From: Prorocentrum cordatum
Lineage: Eukaryota
Length of the DNA: 57,062 nt
NCBI GenBank assembly: GCA_963575745.1
Contig: CAUYUJ010000049.1
Coordinates: 62,001-119,062 of the forward strand
Direction: 5' to 3'
Position 1 is the first letter of the stretch, and the number at the start of each line of letters is the position of its first letter. The position numbers and the translations under genes are program-made. The notes under the pieces were generated by a model, which was not told the origin of the DNA, did no database searches, and worked only from the letters and a program-made list of their open reading frames with translations. Positions 1 to 11,470 of the stretch are shown here, piece by piece.

Positions 1-666
1 CAGTGCTCCAAGATACGCAGCATCCTTCTCTGTGCACCCCGCAGCGGCTGTGCCGCGTGGGCCCTCTTCCCCCTCCTCGGTCCTCAGCCAGAGGTGCCAG
101 ACTTCATCTTGTAGGTCTGACGCCCTGATCAGGGCCTCCGCAGCAGACGCCCTCGACTGAGTAGACATCTGTCGGCGCATCTCTCCTGGGAACTTCCACC
201 TGTCTTTGTCACTCGAGGGCAACTCTTTCAGGTCGTGGCGACGCGCCTTCCTGCAAGTGATGGCGGGCTCCTCAGTAGAGGGGTGAAATCGGACGCGGAA
301 TTTGCATCGACCCTTCGTCTGAGATCGGATGCAACTTTTACTAGGAGGGGCGCTCCAGCACAGCTTGATAGCGTCCCGAGAAAGAGGATGCAAGAAGTTC
401 GCAAGGATATTTGCAAGATTTTTCGCTTGCCCCCGGCATTCGTGGTGAAACGTTCCACAGGAGGGATTCCTGTCTCCTCGCCCGCTAGAATATATAGAGG
501 CCTTTGAAAAATGAGGGCCGGCCTGCTTCTGCCCAGGAAGGCCCCGAGCTAACGGGGCGGGGCACGCAATGGTACCCAAGCTGACTAGGTCAGTGGATAC
601 CTTCCTCTCCCCCCGCTTTCGGTTTGACCGACGCGGGCGTCGCCGCGTCCACCGAGCGAGGAAGAT
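1..666. repeat. Copy of 2929-3594 (tandem segmental duplication, period 2928 bp, cut by window edge)
   Basis: Collinear match from cagtgctccaagatacgcagc to cgagcgaggaagat, with about a dozen substitutions that are nearly all transitions. Confidence 0.97.
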
Positions 667-2198
667 CCAAGCGGTGCTCAATGTGTGCGAGACCCAACTT
701 ATTGTCTTTATCTTCGCCTGGGTGAGAGTCTCGCTGGGGGTCCCGACCATCAATCACCGCAGGCTCGTCATCCACGCATAGACCCCCTGGACCGTCGTCA
801 TCATCGGAATCGGCCTCGGAGTCTCGTAGTGGAGCGCCCTCGCCTTCTCGAGGAGGCGGTGGCGTGATGATGGCGGGCTCCTCTGCGCCAAACAGATTGT
901 CAGGTCGCACTCCTGTCTCCTGCCGCGGCCCGTCTGGGACGGCCGCGGCCTCTCCTTCAGGATGTATTGTGACGGAGCGCACCTCGGTCATTGCCTGCCC
1001 GTACGCCTGTCTCAAGGGAAACTGAAGAGAGTGATCTTCCGCAGCGCCGTCCAACTTGTTGCTGTATACTTGATCAGACTTCTCTATGGTGGGTCGCTTG
1101 CCCTGGGGCGTGCGCCCTGACTCCATATTAAGTCCGTCCAGTTGTCTCAACGGCGCGACGTAACTCTCTGGGCCAACCATGCCCCCCGCTTTGGGCACAT
1201 ACCCCAGGTATATCCCTGGGATCACTGCGCCTCCAGTCTTGGCTGTTCTAAATCTTGATTCTGGCGGGGGCACATGGCGTGCGAGGGGCCCGAAGGGTAG
1301 AAGCGGGGCCTCGAACGTGTGTCCGAAGCGGCGTTCCCAGCTGGACTTCCCTTCTTCAGGGGTCCTGGCATTGTAGCAAAGACCAAAGTATCGGACGGCA
1401 TGTCCAATATTTTGGCGGGAGGCCCGCCTGCATAAGCAGCGCTCTGGCCCCCATCTGTACCACGCCGTTCGCGCGCTCTGCGACAGCGTTTTGTTTCTCA
1501 TTTCCTGGGATGGTAGGATCATGTGCAATCTTGAGCTCGTAACATGCCCTTGCAAGCTCACGCGCACCATCAGCGTAACAATGCTCTAACTTCTCTCCCG
1601 GGGTTTTTAGGTTTACGAAAAAGTTACAAGCATGAACCGCCGACTTGTCGCGCAAACCCTGAGCGGCAAGGAAATTCGTTGCTCGGTCGCGGAAAGCCAC
1701 GCACGCGGTCTCATCGCGGAGCCCCCGCGAGAGTTCATCCATCGCAAACCAATGGTCCATCGTCGTCAGGTGTCCGAGCGAAGTGGGGTTAGCGTATGGG
1801 CGGGGAACCTTCAGCCCTTTGTTGCGCGCTTTGCGCGGCTGTTTTCTGGCAGCTTTGGCCCAATTGCATACTGAGCAATATGGGCTCTTGGGAGTATGAG
1901 TTAGGAGATGCGGCAGGGAGGCTGCGGCCGTTTTGAGCCGCTGGGCAAGGGAACCCGACGCCTCAACCTCTGCATCCTCTGGGTCTGGTTCTGGCGGCGC
2001 GTCGACGTCGACCAAGTCGACGCCGCCAGCGTCTCTAACTTCCCCCGACTCGGGCCCGGGGGCCGCGTCGCACGCGCTGGAATCCAACCCTCGATCCATG
2101 TCATGGGGGAGGTATCCTGAGACCCCATGCCAACCAAGGGCTCTTATATGCGGCTGCGCAGGCCTCGGCTTTGCCGGGCTGCTCGTTGCTCTGACCAA
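667..2198 (-). pseudogene. Copia integrase (frameshifted near 1380-1400)
   Basis: HLLTHTPKSPYCSVC (HHCC), TTMDHW (D), YADGAREL (D), NAVAERAN (E) in ORF 1356-2198. C-terminal part with PLLPFG and GIYLGY in ORF 590-1570. Confidence 0.88.
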
Positions 2199-3615
2199 CG
2201 GCTTGGCCGCGGCAGGGCGAAACTGACAGACATTCGGAGGCGGCGATGCCAGTCGGTGTCCGACTCCAACCGCTTTCGCTAGCCTTGCAAGGCGAATCGT
2301 AGAAATAGGTGATGGTATCCGCAGAGTCTACAGAGGACGGAAAAACGGGCGCTAACTCAGTCGGCCGTCCGTCAACGTAGCTGTGGTTACCAATCAGCTC
2401 ATGTGCATGCAGGTCTATGGTCGCGCGAGTCTGAGTAGCATGGGGCGGAGGACCTCCCGCTGGTTCCGCAGTGTCCAGAAATACCTTGGCGCCTGGCGTC
2501 GCGCAACACCACCGCTCGGGAGGTTCACTCTCCCCAGCGGCAACCGCGCACATCCACCGACCCAGCGCCTCTTTGCCTGAAAGGGTCAAGTATGGTATCT
2601 TGCCCTCAACGGCCAGGTCCACTCTTTGACCGTTGGGCATCAATAGGCAGGGCCTTTGGCCTGCTGGCCAAGAAAAACTAAAGCTGGATCCATGCACCGC
2701 TCTCCTACCGAGATCACGCACGGTCTCCGGCATGACCAAAGCGTTAAAACTACCACCCTGAAATTTGGGGCATGCGATGCGAACTGAACCGAGGGCTTTT
2801 GACTCTCCCCCGGCAGTATTCAGAGTGATCGATTGCGGAAGCTTTCGAATCAATCTCATTGCGCCTGCACTTTTAATATACTTGTCCGCTATGAGGTTGT
2901 ACCCACACCCTGTATCGATGATAAAGCTCAGTGCTCCAAGATACGCAGCATCCTTCTCTATGCACCCCGCAGCGGCTGTGCCGTGTGGGCCCTCTTCCCC
3001 CTCCTCGGTCCTCAGCCAGAGGTGCCAGACTTCATCTTGTAGGTCTGACGCCCTGATCAGGGCCTCCGCAGCAGACGCCCTCGACTGAGTAGACATCTGT
3101 CGGCGCATCTCTCCTGGGAACTTCCACCTGTCTTTGTCACTCGAGGGCAACTCTTTCAGGTCGTGGCGACGCGCCTTCCTGCAAGTGATGGCGGGCTCCT
3201 CAGTAGAGGGGTGAAATCGGACGCGGAATTTGCATCGACCCTTCGTCTGAGATCGGGTGCAACTTTTACTAGGAGGGGCGCCCCAGCACAGCTTGATAGC
3301 GTCCCGAGAAAGAGGATGCAGGAAGTTCGCAAGGATATTTACAAGATTTTTCGCTTGCTCCCGGCATTCGTGGTGAAACGTTCCACAGGAGGGATTCCTG
3401 TCTCCTCGTCCGCTGGAATCTATAGAGGCCTTTGAAAAATGAGGGCCGGCCTGCTTCTGCCCAGGAAGGCCCCGAGCTAACGGGGCGGGGCACGCAATGG
3501 CACCCAAGCTGACTAGGTCAGTGGATACCTTCCTCTCCCCCCGCTTTCGGTTTGACCGACGCGGGCATCGCCGCATCCACCGAGCGAGGAAGATAAAAGA
3601 AAACATCCTTAACAC
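2101..3615 (-). pseudogene. Pol N-terminus with retropepsin-type aspartic protease
   Basis: LSFIIDTGCGYNLI (DTG at ~2908-2916), flap-like LNTAGG, then FSWPAG..GKIPYL. Compensating frameshifts around 2690-2725 hide a VISVGERCMD segment in another frame. Confidence 0.82.
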
Positions 3616-3672
3616 AATTATGCCAATCAGTCTTCCGACACTGACGGCTGCGCCGCCAGTGCGGAGCCAATG

Positions 3673-6600
3673 TCACGGGTGGCCAGTCGTGGTCTTGGCG
3701 AACCAACAATCTTTCCCACGCGTGCATTTGCCTGTTTCCATGTAGGAGCGACAGATCATATCTTTACCTTTGCCCTTGCCGTTGTTGTTTGACTCCGTTT
3801 TTCTTGCGCTTCTCTGAACTGTCGCTAGAGGCCCTAGACCCGCTAGTACCAGCAGTGGAGGAGACGTTGGCAGCTGCGGCGTTGGCTTGTTTAACTGTTC
3901 GCTCATGCCCCAGAGACTGCCCAGCATCAAGCTTCGCTTGTTCATATTTATCTCGTTTGCGCTTTTCTGCATCGGTCAAACCTCTGTGCGCTCTGTAACA
4001 ACCGCCTTCAGCTCTGCGGCAATTCTCGGGGTCGCGCGAATAAGCATAGCATGGTAGCGTGCTCTCTTTCCCGAGCGAACGGTTGGATTGACTCCTGTTC
4101 CGTCGTTGCGATCCTTTTCCGCGGCCACCCGCCGGAGTCTGTGATCGGCTCTGTCCCTTTCGGCCTCGGCCTTCAGGTTTCTCAGATCTCCCTCTGGGAT
4201 TCTTGTGCTGAGCCGGAGCGGCGTTCGACTTATCCCCCGCAGCCGGCTGGGCCGGTGCGGCAGCTTTGGGCTTCTTATGATTGAAAGGGCATCCTTGGCC
4301 CGCGCTCGGGCAGGTTTGGCCTTTACGCACAAACTTGCACGTCGTCTCGCCCTTAGTGAAACCGCTCTTCATCACATCCGTGGGTTTCCCAAGACGTGCC
4401 GCCACCTCTGCCGGAGCGGCTTTGCCGTTGGCATTCCGTCGGTTGTCATAGCCATTGCTTCCACCTCCACCCAATCGCGTTTGTCTTGCACGTTGATTCA
4501 AAGTACTCTCGTGCACGCGGATGTTCCATTCTTCTTGGTCACGCAACATCATTTCTTCAATCTGCTCCATCAGCCATTCGTAAGATGTCACACCCTCTCC
4601 GAACTTGTCTCTGGAAAGGTCCTAGATTTGGCAAACGAAATCTAACTTCTTCGGCTCCCTGCATTGTTCGATGAAGTGTGCGTGAACCGAAGCTCTCATC
4701 TCATCGGATGGAGGTCGGGCGCCATAAAGCTGCTGGTAAACATCTGTACACTCCTTATAAAAGTGATACAGGTCAGCGTCCGGCTTGCTGGGGTCAATGA
4801 CTAACTTGAACATATCACGTGAAGTGCGATGTTGGCCCAATTCCGATCTAACAGAACACCAGTGGCAAATGGCTCGTACCATCTCACGTCCCGTCAAGAG
4901 TCTCTCTTCATTCTGGGCAGCGTACTCCATTCGAGTGATTTGCTGAAAACACTGTAAGTGGTGACTGGGCAGACTGCGATTCCTGCGCATGTTGTTGAAC
5001 TTTTCAATCAAACTTGCGGCGATCATCATGTCAAGACGTTGGAAGCGGCCTGGGTCTTTGAGTTGTTCATCGTCTACCGCAGGGTTCATAGCTTCCGTGA
5101 TCCAGCGCTGTGCCAGTTGTATCTCAGGAGATGATCCAGCAATCGCGCGGATCGCATGCATCTGCCACTCCCGTATGTTTGTAACATCGGGAATGTCCAT
5201 CAGTTCAACTTTCTGATTGTTTCCAACCTGTCTCCACTGGTCCAGCGGGGTACTCTCATCAAGGCCTCCTGGGTCATGTGGCCCCCCTGGGCCTCCTGGG
5301 CCTTGAGGCCCCCCACGACCGCCTCCACCATCAGAGGATCCTGGCCCCCCCGGACTCCCTGGACGCGGCTTCTCTGGCCGATCGCAGATAGCGTCGTTAC
5401 GCGTCGACATAATCTCGGTACTCGGCGCGTCACTCCTGTCATCCCCATCTTTGTCCTGTCCCGCCCCGCCAGACGGCTTGGCCGCTGGCGGTCTCGCAGG
5501 CCCGCCCCTAGAAAATTGATGATAATTGACAAAACCAGCATCTTCATTGGTACCTGTCAACTTCATGATTATTGGTAAGCCATTCTCCGAGGTACTCGGC
5601 TTGGCCGGACCTTCAATTGCAGGGCCGGGGGCAATAAAATTGGGTCGCGTAACAGGCCTCACAGGCGTTTCTTGTGAAAGCAAAGGCATATCGAATGAAT
5701 TTAAAGTGGGCGCTCTTTCCTGTCCCTTCTCACTGCACGGAAACGGCTTTGTGGTGATAGCTTTGAGCTTCATCATTCCTCTCTCTGATGCAGCTGCGTC
5801 AGTCAGGGCCTTATCTCCCTCTTGGATGTCGGCAACTGACCTTTTCTGAGCTCAGTCTATTTTGCTCTCCAGCCTGCTCTGTCGTTCGTTGATCATGTAT
5901 CTTGTCAGCGCTACATTCATCAAGGAGCTTTTGTGGTTGGGCCCGAAGTTCGCGATTAGCACTGTGTTGCCGCCATTGCTCATTTCACTTCTCCAGCTCT
6001 GCCCGCAAGCTCTTCTTTTGAGTACATGTAGAACACCGTTTCGTGCTCGCATCAAAGTGATCTTTGCAACTCGGCTGTCCACAAGTGGCGCAATCACTTA
6101 CCTTCGGGTTGTCACAACTTGAGCAACTCTCTTCATCGCCCCGTTTTGCCGGCTGTGGCTGCGGTGCAGCCCTTACTTGCAACGTTGACGGTGCCGCACT
6201 CACTACGGTCATTAAATAGGACTGGGCCGGAACGGACGCTGCGCCGGACGGCTGGGCCGCCGGCGATGGTCGTCTGCTCGCCCCAACCGGCTTGGCCGGT
6301 GGGCATGTATCGTCGCTGAAATGCATATGCTGGAGAGATGCTCTCGCGTTCTCATGTGACTTGAGCTCTTCGCGATATTGATTATTCTGATCAACTATCT
6401 TCGCAGCTACAATTTGGGTGTTGACCGCCTCCAACCGGGCAGCTTGAAGTTGTTCTTGGAGCTCCTGCTTTTCTTGAACTGCCCTAGTTGTGGCGATCCT
6501 CTCTCCTTCTATTCTTGCCACTGCAACAGCTGCGGACACTGCGTTGGCATCAACAGATCGACTGCTTGCCGTCGCGACGGCTTGTCTTTCGGAGGCCATC

Positions 6601-8023
6601 ATCTCGGCATACCTGTTCTCAACTTCTTCTTCCGCGAGCCGCTTGGCGGCCACGGTCTGATTAGACATCTGTTCCACCAGTTCTTGCTCTCGCTTTCTGA
6701 CCGCCAGGGCCATAGCGAGTCTCTCAGCCTCGAACGTCTTCCGGAAGTCCTCGACGACTGCATGCATCTCTTCTTTATCCAGCCGGGCTTTCTCTGCTCT
6801 CTGAGCGTCGCGGGCCAGAAATTGTTGCTGGGATTTGGCCTCAACATGTCTAGCCTGATCTTGCACCGCCTGGAGATGAAGGTAAGTGCAATTGTGCTCT
6901 TCCATCGGCATGCAATCCGCACACAACCATTGATTGCTACAGTTAGTACGCACATCTGAGCAATATCTACATACTGGGCGTCTACAGGCCCCTTCAGGCC
7001 TGCGGGCTTTTCCCGGGCACCTGTTCTCCGCCCGAGGCGGACAAATTGGGCCATAGTTCCAACATGTTTCTCGCATGGATATCGCACTGCTGCTCCTTGA
7101 CGTAGATCGAGCTCCGGATCTGGGTAATTTGAGCCTTCCTCGGCTCGAAGCGCTCGATCTGGGGCGCAGGTGCGTACTCTCTGGCGGCTTTGGCACCTCT
7201 TGAAGTTCCTCATCCCTCTCGTCCTGTCGCATCAACTCATTGAGCGAAGCTCGGGGTTCAATCATTTCGTCATCCTCAACCGCAGCAGGTATCGAGGGTT
7301 GCCAATCGCCCGGGGCGACGGCAGGACGAAAAAACCCTTCCTGAAGCGGTGAATCGTTGAGGTCGTAATCCTCATTCCTCTGCTTCTTCAGTTGAGGCGC
7401 AGGAGTCCGTCCTGTGACCTCCCAATCGCGCTTCGCTTGGGTTTGATATTCAACGTTCACCTCGACCGCCTGGGGCGGCAGGTCACTAATCTCAATATCA
7501 GAATGTGTTTCTGCGAACGCTTTCTCAAGGGCATCTACTCGATGAAAGTCCATGGCTTCATGCCCAGGGGGCCACCCCTCGCCTTGGGCGGGGTGGTAGC
7601 GTCCATTATCGAGGACAGCTCTCGGCTCAACGATACTTGTTGGTTGGCAGATTCGAAATCTTCCTCCGTAGAATTTATCCCATGCTCCCCGTCAAGTGGT
7701 TCGTCGCTATCTTGGCCGGGCTGTCCGTTCAATGCTATCCGAATGGGATGAGTTCCTCGTGGATTTCCCCATCCGTCCGGGACGGCGGGGCACGTGCCTC
7801 TGGACTCTCGAGCTTCTCCCGACCCACTGGCTTGGCCAACGGCCGGCGCGACAGTCCGCGCAGCAATCGGGCTGGAGTTTATCGTTTCCGAAGATACGGC
7901 GATTAACGATCTCGAGAAAACTCCTCGTCTGATCTTTGCTGTTGCGCCGGCTCGCCTCGCCGGGTCCCGGGTCTGTTCGCGATCTCCGATCGGGATTCGA
8001 TAAAGAGAATCGTCCCTGGACAT
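3673..8023 (-). pseudogene. Very long Gag-like ORF1 with Cys/His zinc clusters, coiled coil, capsid-like helical region and three CCCH-type fingers
   Basis: Chain of ORFs 7535-8023, 5985-7553, 5852-6097, 4622-5776, 3764-4591, 3673-3972. The stops at 5852 and 4622 are in-frame with the next ORF. Fingers CKFVRKGQTCPSAGQGCPFNH, CYAYSRDPENCRRAEGGCYRAH, CRSYMETGKCTRGKDCWF. Confidence 0.7.
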
Positions 8024-9111
8024 ATCTACGATCTCCCCCCTGATCCTTCCCCGAGAGGCCCGAGTGGCAATAGGAGAAGAGGGAAGGCGATCCTCCCCGG
8101 GCCGCCGCCCTGTGGTTCTTGCCCGTCATGTTGTGCAACGTGTCATGAACTCGTATCTGGCGGGCAATTCGGCTGTCTCATCGTGGCTCATCCCTGTTGC
8201 GACTTGGTCGCGGGTTTCGGCTGATAACCAGTCTTTCCTCTGAGAATCGGGATAAGATGACAAAAAAATAAAGGTCTCACGCTCACTCTGCTCAGCGGTA
8301 GAGGGGGCGGGAAGAGACATCGATCAGACAGTAAGTAACCGGTAAGCGAATGCACTCAGAAATAATAAGGGAGGAGGCCGGCCGGCCGACGACCGACGAC
8401 GCGCGGCGGCCGAAGGCAAGCTCGCTCCTGTTTCTCCTTCGAGCACAAACAGCTGCGGATCGGCACCGCAGTGGCAGTACAGACAGTGCATTGCAAGGCA
8501 GGCAGTGAGAGAAGCAAGATTATGATGAGGCGGAGAGGAGCATATTTACACAGAAACTTGCTCGGGTAATCCACCCGCCGCCTCCACAGCCGCAAACAAA
8601 AAACCGGCGAGAGCGCCCAGCGCATCAGCGCTGAGATGCCGAGAACGCCTGCCTGCAATCGAAACCGTCGCAAGAAGCGGCAGGACATGCCTTGCGCCCC
8701 CTGCCCCCCCCCCCTCCCCCCATATATATATATCCCCCCAGCGCTGAGGCGGGGCAAGGGGCGCGCTCGAGAGTGCATGCGGGACAAAGGCCCGCCGCCT
8801 TCGCCTGGGGGGGGTCGAAAAACATCCGACCTTCGGTCGCCAGCGGGGCAGAGGTGTCAGACGCAATGGAGACGTGTGAAGCTGATGTGGCAGCGTGCTT
8901 CCACGGGCGCGGATCTCGCGCCGTGAGATAAAACTGTTCGCACCATTATCCTAACGCAGCCCGTTCTGGATCCAGGCTTGGAATTCCTGTCGAGAGATCG
9001 CAGGGGAATTCATGGTGACCACGATGGGCGCTTCCACATTGCGCGCGGCCAGAGCTAGCCCCTGGTCGGACGGGGGCTCCGAGGCCTCGGCGGCGAAAGG
9101 GCGGGGGGGGG

Positions 9112-11415
9112 GCGTTGCGCGCGTCGCGTGCGCTGCGCGCGTTGCGTGCGCTGCGCGCGTTGCGTGCGTTGCGTGCGCTGCGTGCGTTGCGTGCGTTGCG
9201 TGCGTTGCGCGCGTTGCGTGCGATGCGTGCGGTGCGTGCGGTGCGTGCGTTGCGTGCGTTGCATGCGTTGCGTGCGTTGCGTGCGTTGCGTGCGTTGCGT
9301 GCGTTGCGCGCGCTGCGCGCGTCGCGCGACTTGCGTCGCGTTGCTTTGCGTTGCTTTGCGTTGCGTTGCGTGCGTTGCGTGCGCTGCGTGCGCTGCGCGC
9401 GCTGCGTGCGTTGCGTGCGTTGCGTGCGGTGCATGCGTTGCGTGCTTTGCGCGCGTTGCGTGCGTGCGTTGTGTGCGTGCGTTGCGTGGTGTGTGCGACG
9501 TGCGCGGCGTGCGTGGTGTGTGTGGTGTGCGTGGTGTGCGTGGTGTGTGTGTTGTGTCTGTGCGGTGTGTGTGGTGGGTGGTGTGCGTGGTGCCTGTGTG
9601 TGCGTGTGCGCGCGCGTGCGTGGTGGTGTGTGTTGTGTTTGTGTGGTGTGTGCGGTGGGTGGTGTGCGTGGTGCCTGTGTGTGCGTGTGCGCGCGCGTGC
9701 GTGCGTTTGTGCGCGTGCGTGTGAGTGTGTGCGTGTGTGCGTGTACGTGCGTGTGTGTGTGTGTGTTGTGTGTGTGTGCGTGTGCGTGTGTGCGTGGTGT
9801 GCGCGTGTGCGTGTGTGTGCGTGATTGCGTGCGTGCGTGTGTGCGTGTGTGTGCGTGTGCGTGTGCGTAGGTGCGCGTGTGCGTGTGTGCGTGTGTTCGC
9901 GCGTGCGTGTGTGCGTGCGTGCGCGCGTTCGTGCGTGTGCGTGCGTGTGCGTGTGCGTGCTTGTGCGTGCGTGTGCTTGTGCGTGCGTGTGCGTGCGTGT
10001 GCGTGCGTGTGCGTGCGTGTGCGTGCGTGTGCGTGCGTTTGCGCGTGCGCGTGCGTTTGCGCGTGCTTGCACGCGCGTGCGTGCGTGCGCGTGTACGCGC
10101 GCGTGCGCGCGAGTGCGCACGTGCGCGTGCGTGCGTGAGTGCGCGTGCGCTTGCGTGCGCGCGCGTGCGTGTGCGTGTGCGTGTGCGTGTGTGTGCGTGT
10201 GTGCGCGCGCGCGTGCGTGCGCGTGCGTGCGCGTGCGTGTGCGCGTGCGTGCGTGCGTGTGCGTGCGTGTGCGTGGGTGTGCGTGCGTGTGCGTGCGTGT
10301 ACGTGCGTGTGTGTGTGTGTGCGTGTGCGTGTGTGCGTGGTGTGCGCGTGTGCGTGTGTGTGCGTGATTGCGTGCGTGCGTGTGTGCGTGTGTGTGTGCG
10401 TGTGCGTGTGCGTAGGTGCGCGTGTGCGTGTGTGCGTGTGTTCGCGCGTGCGTGTGTGCGTGCGTGCGCGCGTTCGTGCGTGTGCGTGCGTGTGCGTGTG
10501 CGTGCTTGTGCGTGCGTGTGCGTGTGCGTGCGTGTGCGTGCGTGTGCGTGCGTGTGCGTGCGTGTGCGTGCGTTTGCGCGTGCGCGTGCGCGTGCGCGTG
10601 CGTTTGCGCGTGCTTGCGCGCGCGTGCGTGCGTGCGCGTGTGCGCGCGCGTGCGCGCGCGTGCGCGCGTGCGCGTGCGTGCGTGAGCGCGCGTGCGCTTG
10701 CGTGCGCGCGCGTGCGTGTGCGTGTGCGCGTGTGTGTGCGTGTGTGTGCGCGCGCGTGCGTGTGCGCGTGCGTGCGTGCGTGTGCGTGCGTGTGCGTGCG
10801 TGCGTGCGTGCGTGTGCGTGCGTGTGCGTGCGTGTGCGTGCGTGTGCGTGCGTGCACTTGCGTGCGTTTGCGCGTTCTTGCGCGTGCTTGCGCGCGCTTG
10901 TTCGCGCTTGCGCGCGCTTTCGCGCGCTTTCGCGCGCGTGCGCGTGTGTGCGCGTGCGTGTGCGTGTGCGTGTGCGTGTGCGTGTGCGTTTGCGTGTGCG
11001 TGTGCGTTTGCGTGTGCGTGTGCGTGTACGTGTGCGTGTGCCTGTGTGTATGTGCGTGTGTGCGTGTGTGCGTGTGTGCGTGTGTGTGCGTGCGTGTGTT
11101 CGTGTGTGTGTGTACTTGTGCGTGCGCGTTCTTGCGCGTGCTTGTTGTTCGCGCTTGTTTCGCGCGCTTTCGCGCGCGTGCGCGTGTGTGCGCGTGCGTG
11201 TGCGTGTGCGTGTGCGTGTGCGTGTGCGTTTGCGTGTGCGTGTGCGTTTGCGTACGTGTGCGCGAGCGTGTGCCTGTGTGTATGTGCGTGTGTGCGTGTG
11301 TGCGTGTGTGCGTGTGTGTGCGTGTGTGTGTGTGTGTTCGTGTGTTCGTGTGTGTGTGTATGTGCGTGCATGCGTGCGCGTGCGCGCATGCGCGTGCGCG
11401 TGCGCGTGCGCGCTC
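9112..11415. repeat. 2.3-kb compound purine/pyrimidine-alternating satellite (GT, GC, GCGT, GCGTT units) with higher-order duplications
   Basis: Direct reading. Landmark gtgattgcg recurs at 9821 and 10364, and cgcgcgctttcgcgcgcgtg at 10921 and 11161. Confidence 0.97.
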
Positions 11416-11470
11416 GCCGACGACGACGGAAATGGCGACGATCACGACGTTCACAACGACGACGAAAACG

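Larger units (their letters stand above)
1..8140 (-). mobile_element. Degenerate Ty1/copia-type LTR retrotransposon, internal region (gag, protease, integrase); RT/RNaseH not in window
   Basis: Minus-strand order Gag-like ORF with CCCH fingers, aspartic protease (FIIDTGCG), then HHCC plus DDE integrase. Integrase directly after protease is the copia order. Multiple stops and frameshifts. LTRs not identifiable. Confidence 0.85.

Noticed and set aside
8215..8700. Primer-binding site (minus strand tggttatcagcc near 8220-8231) and 5' LTR of the first copia
   Set aside because: Only a loose match to Met-tRNA-type PBS motifs, and no second LTR in the window to confirm the boundaries.
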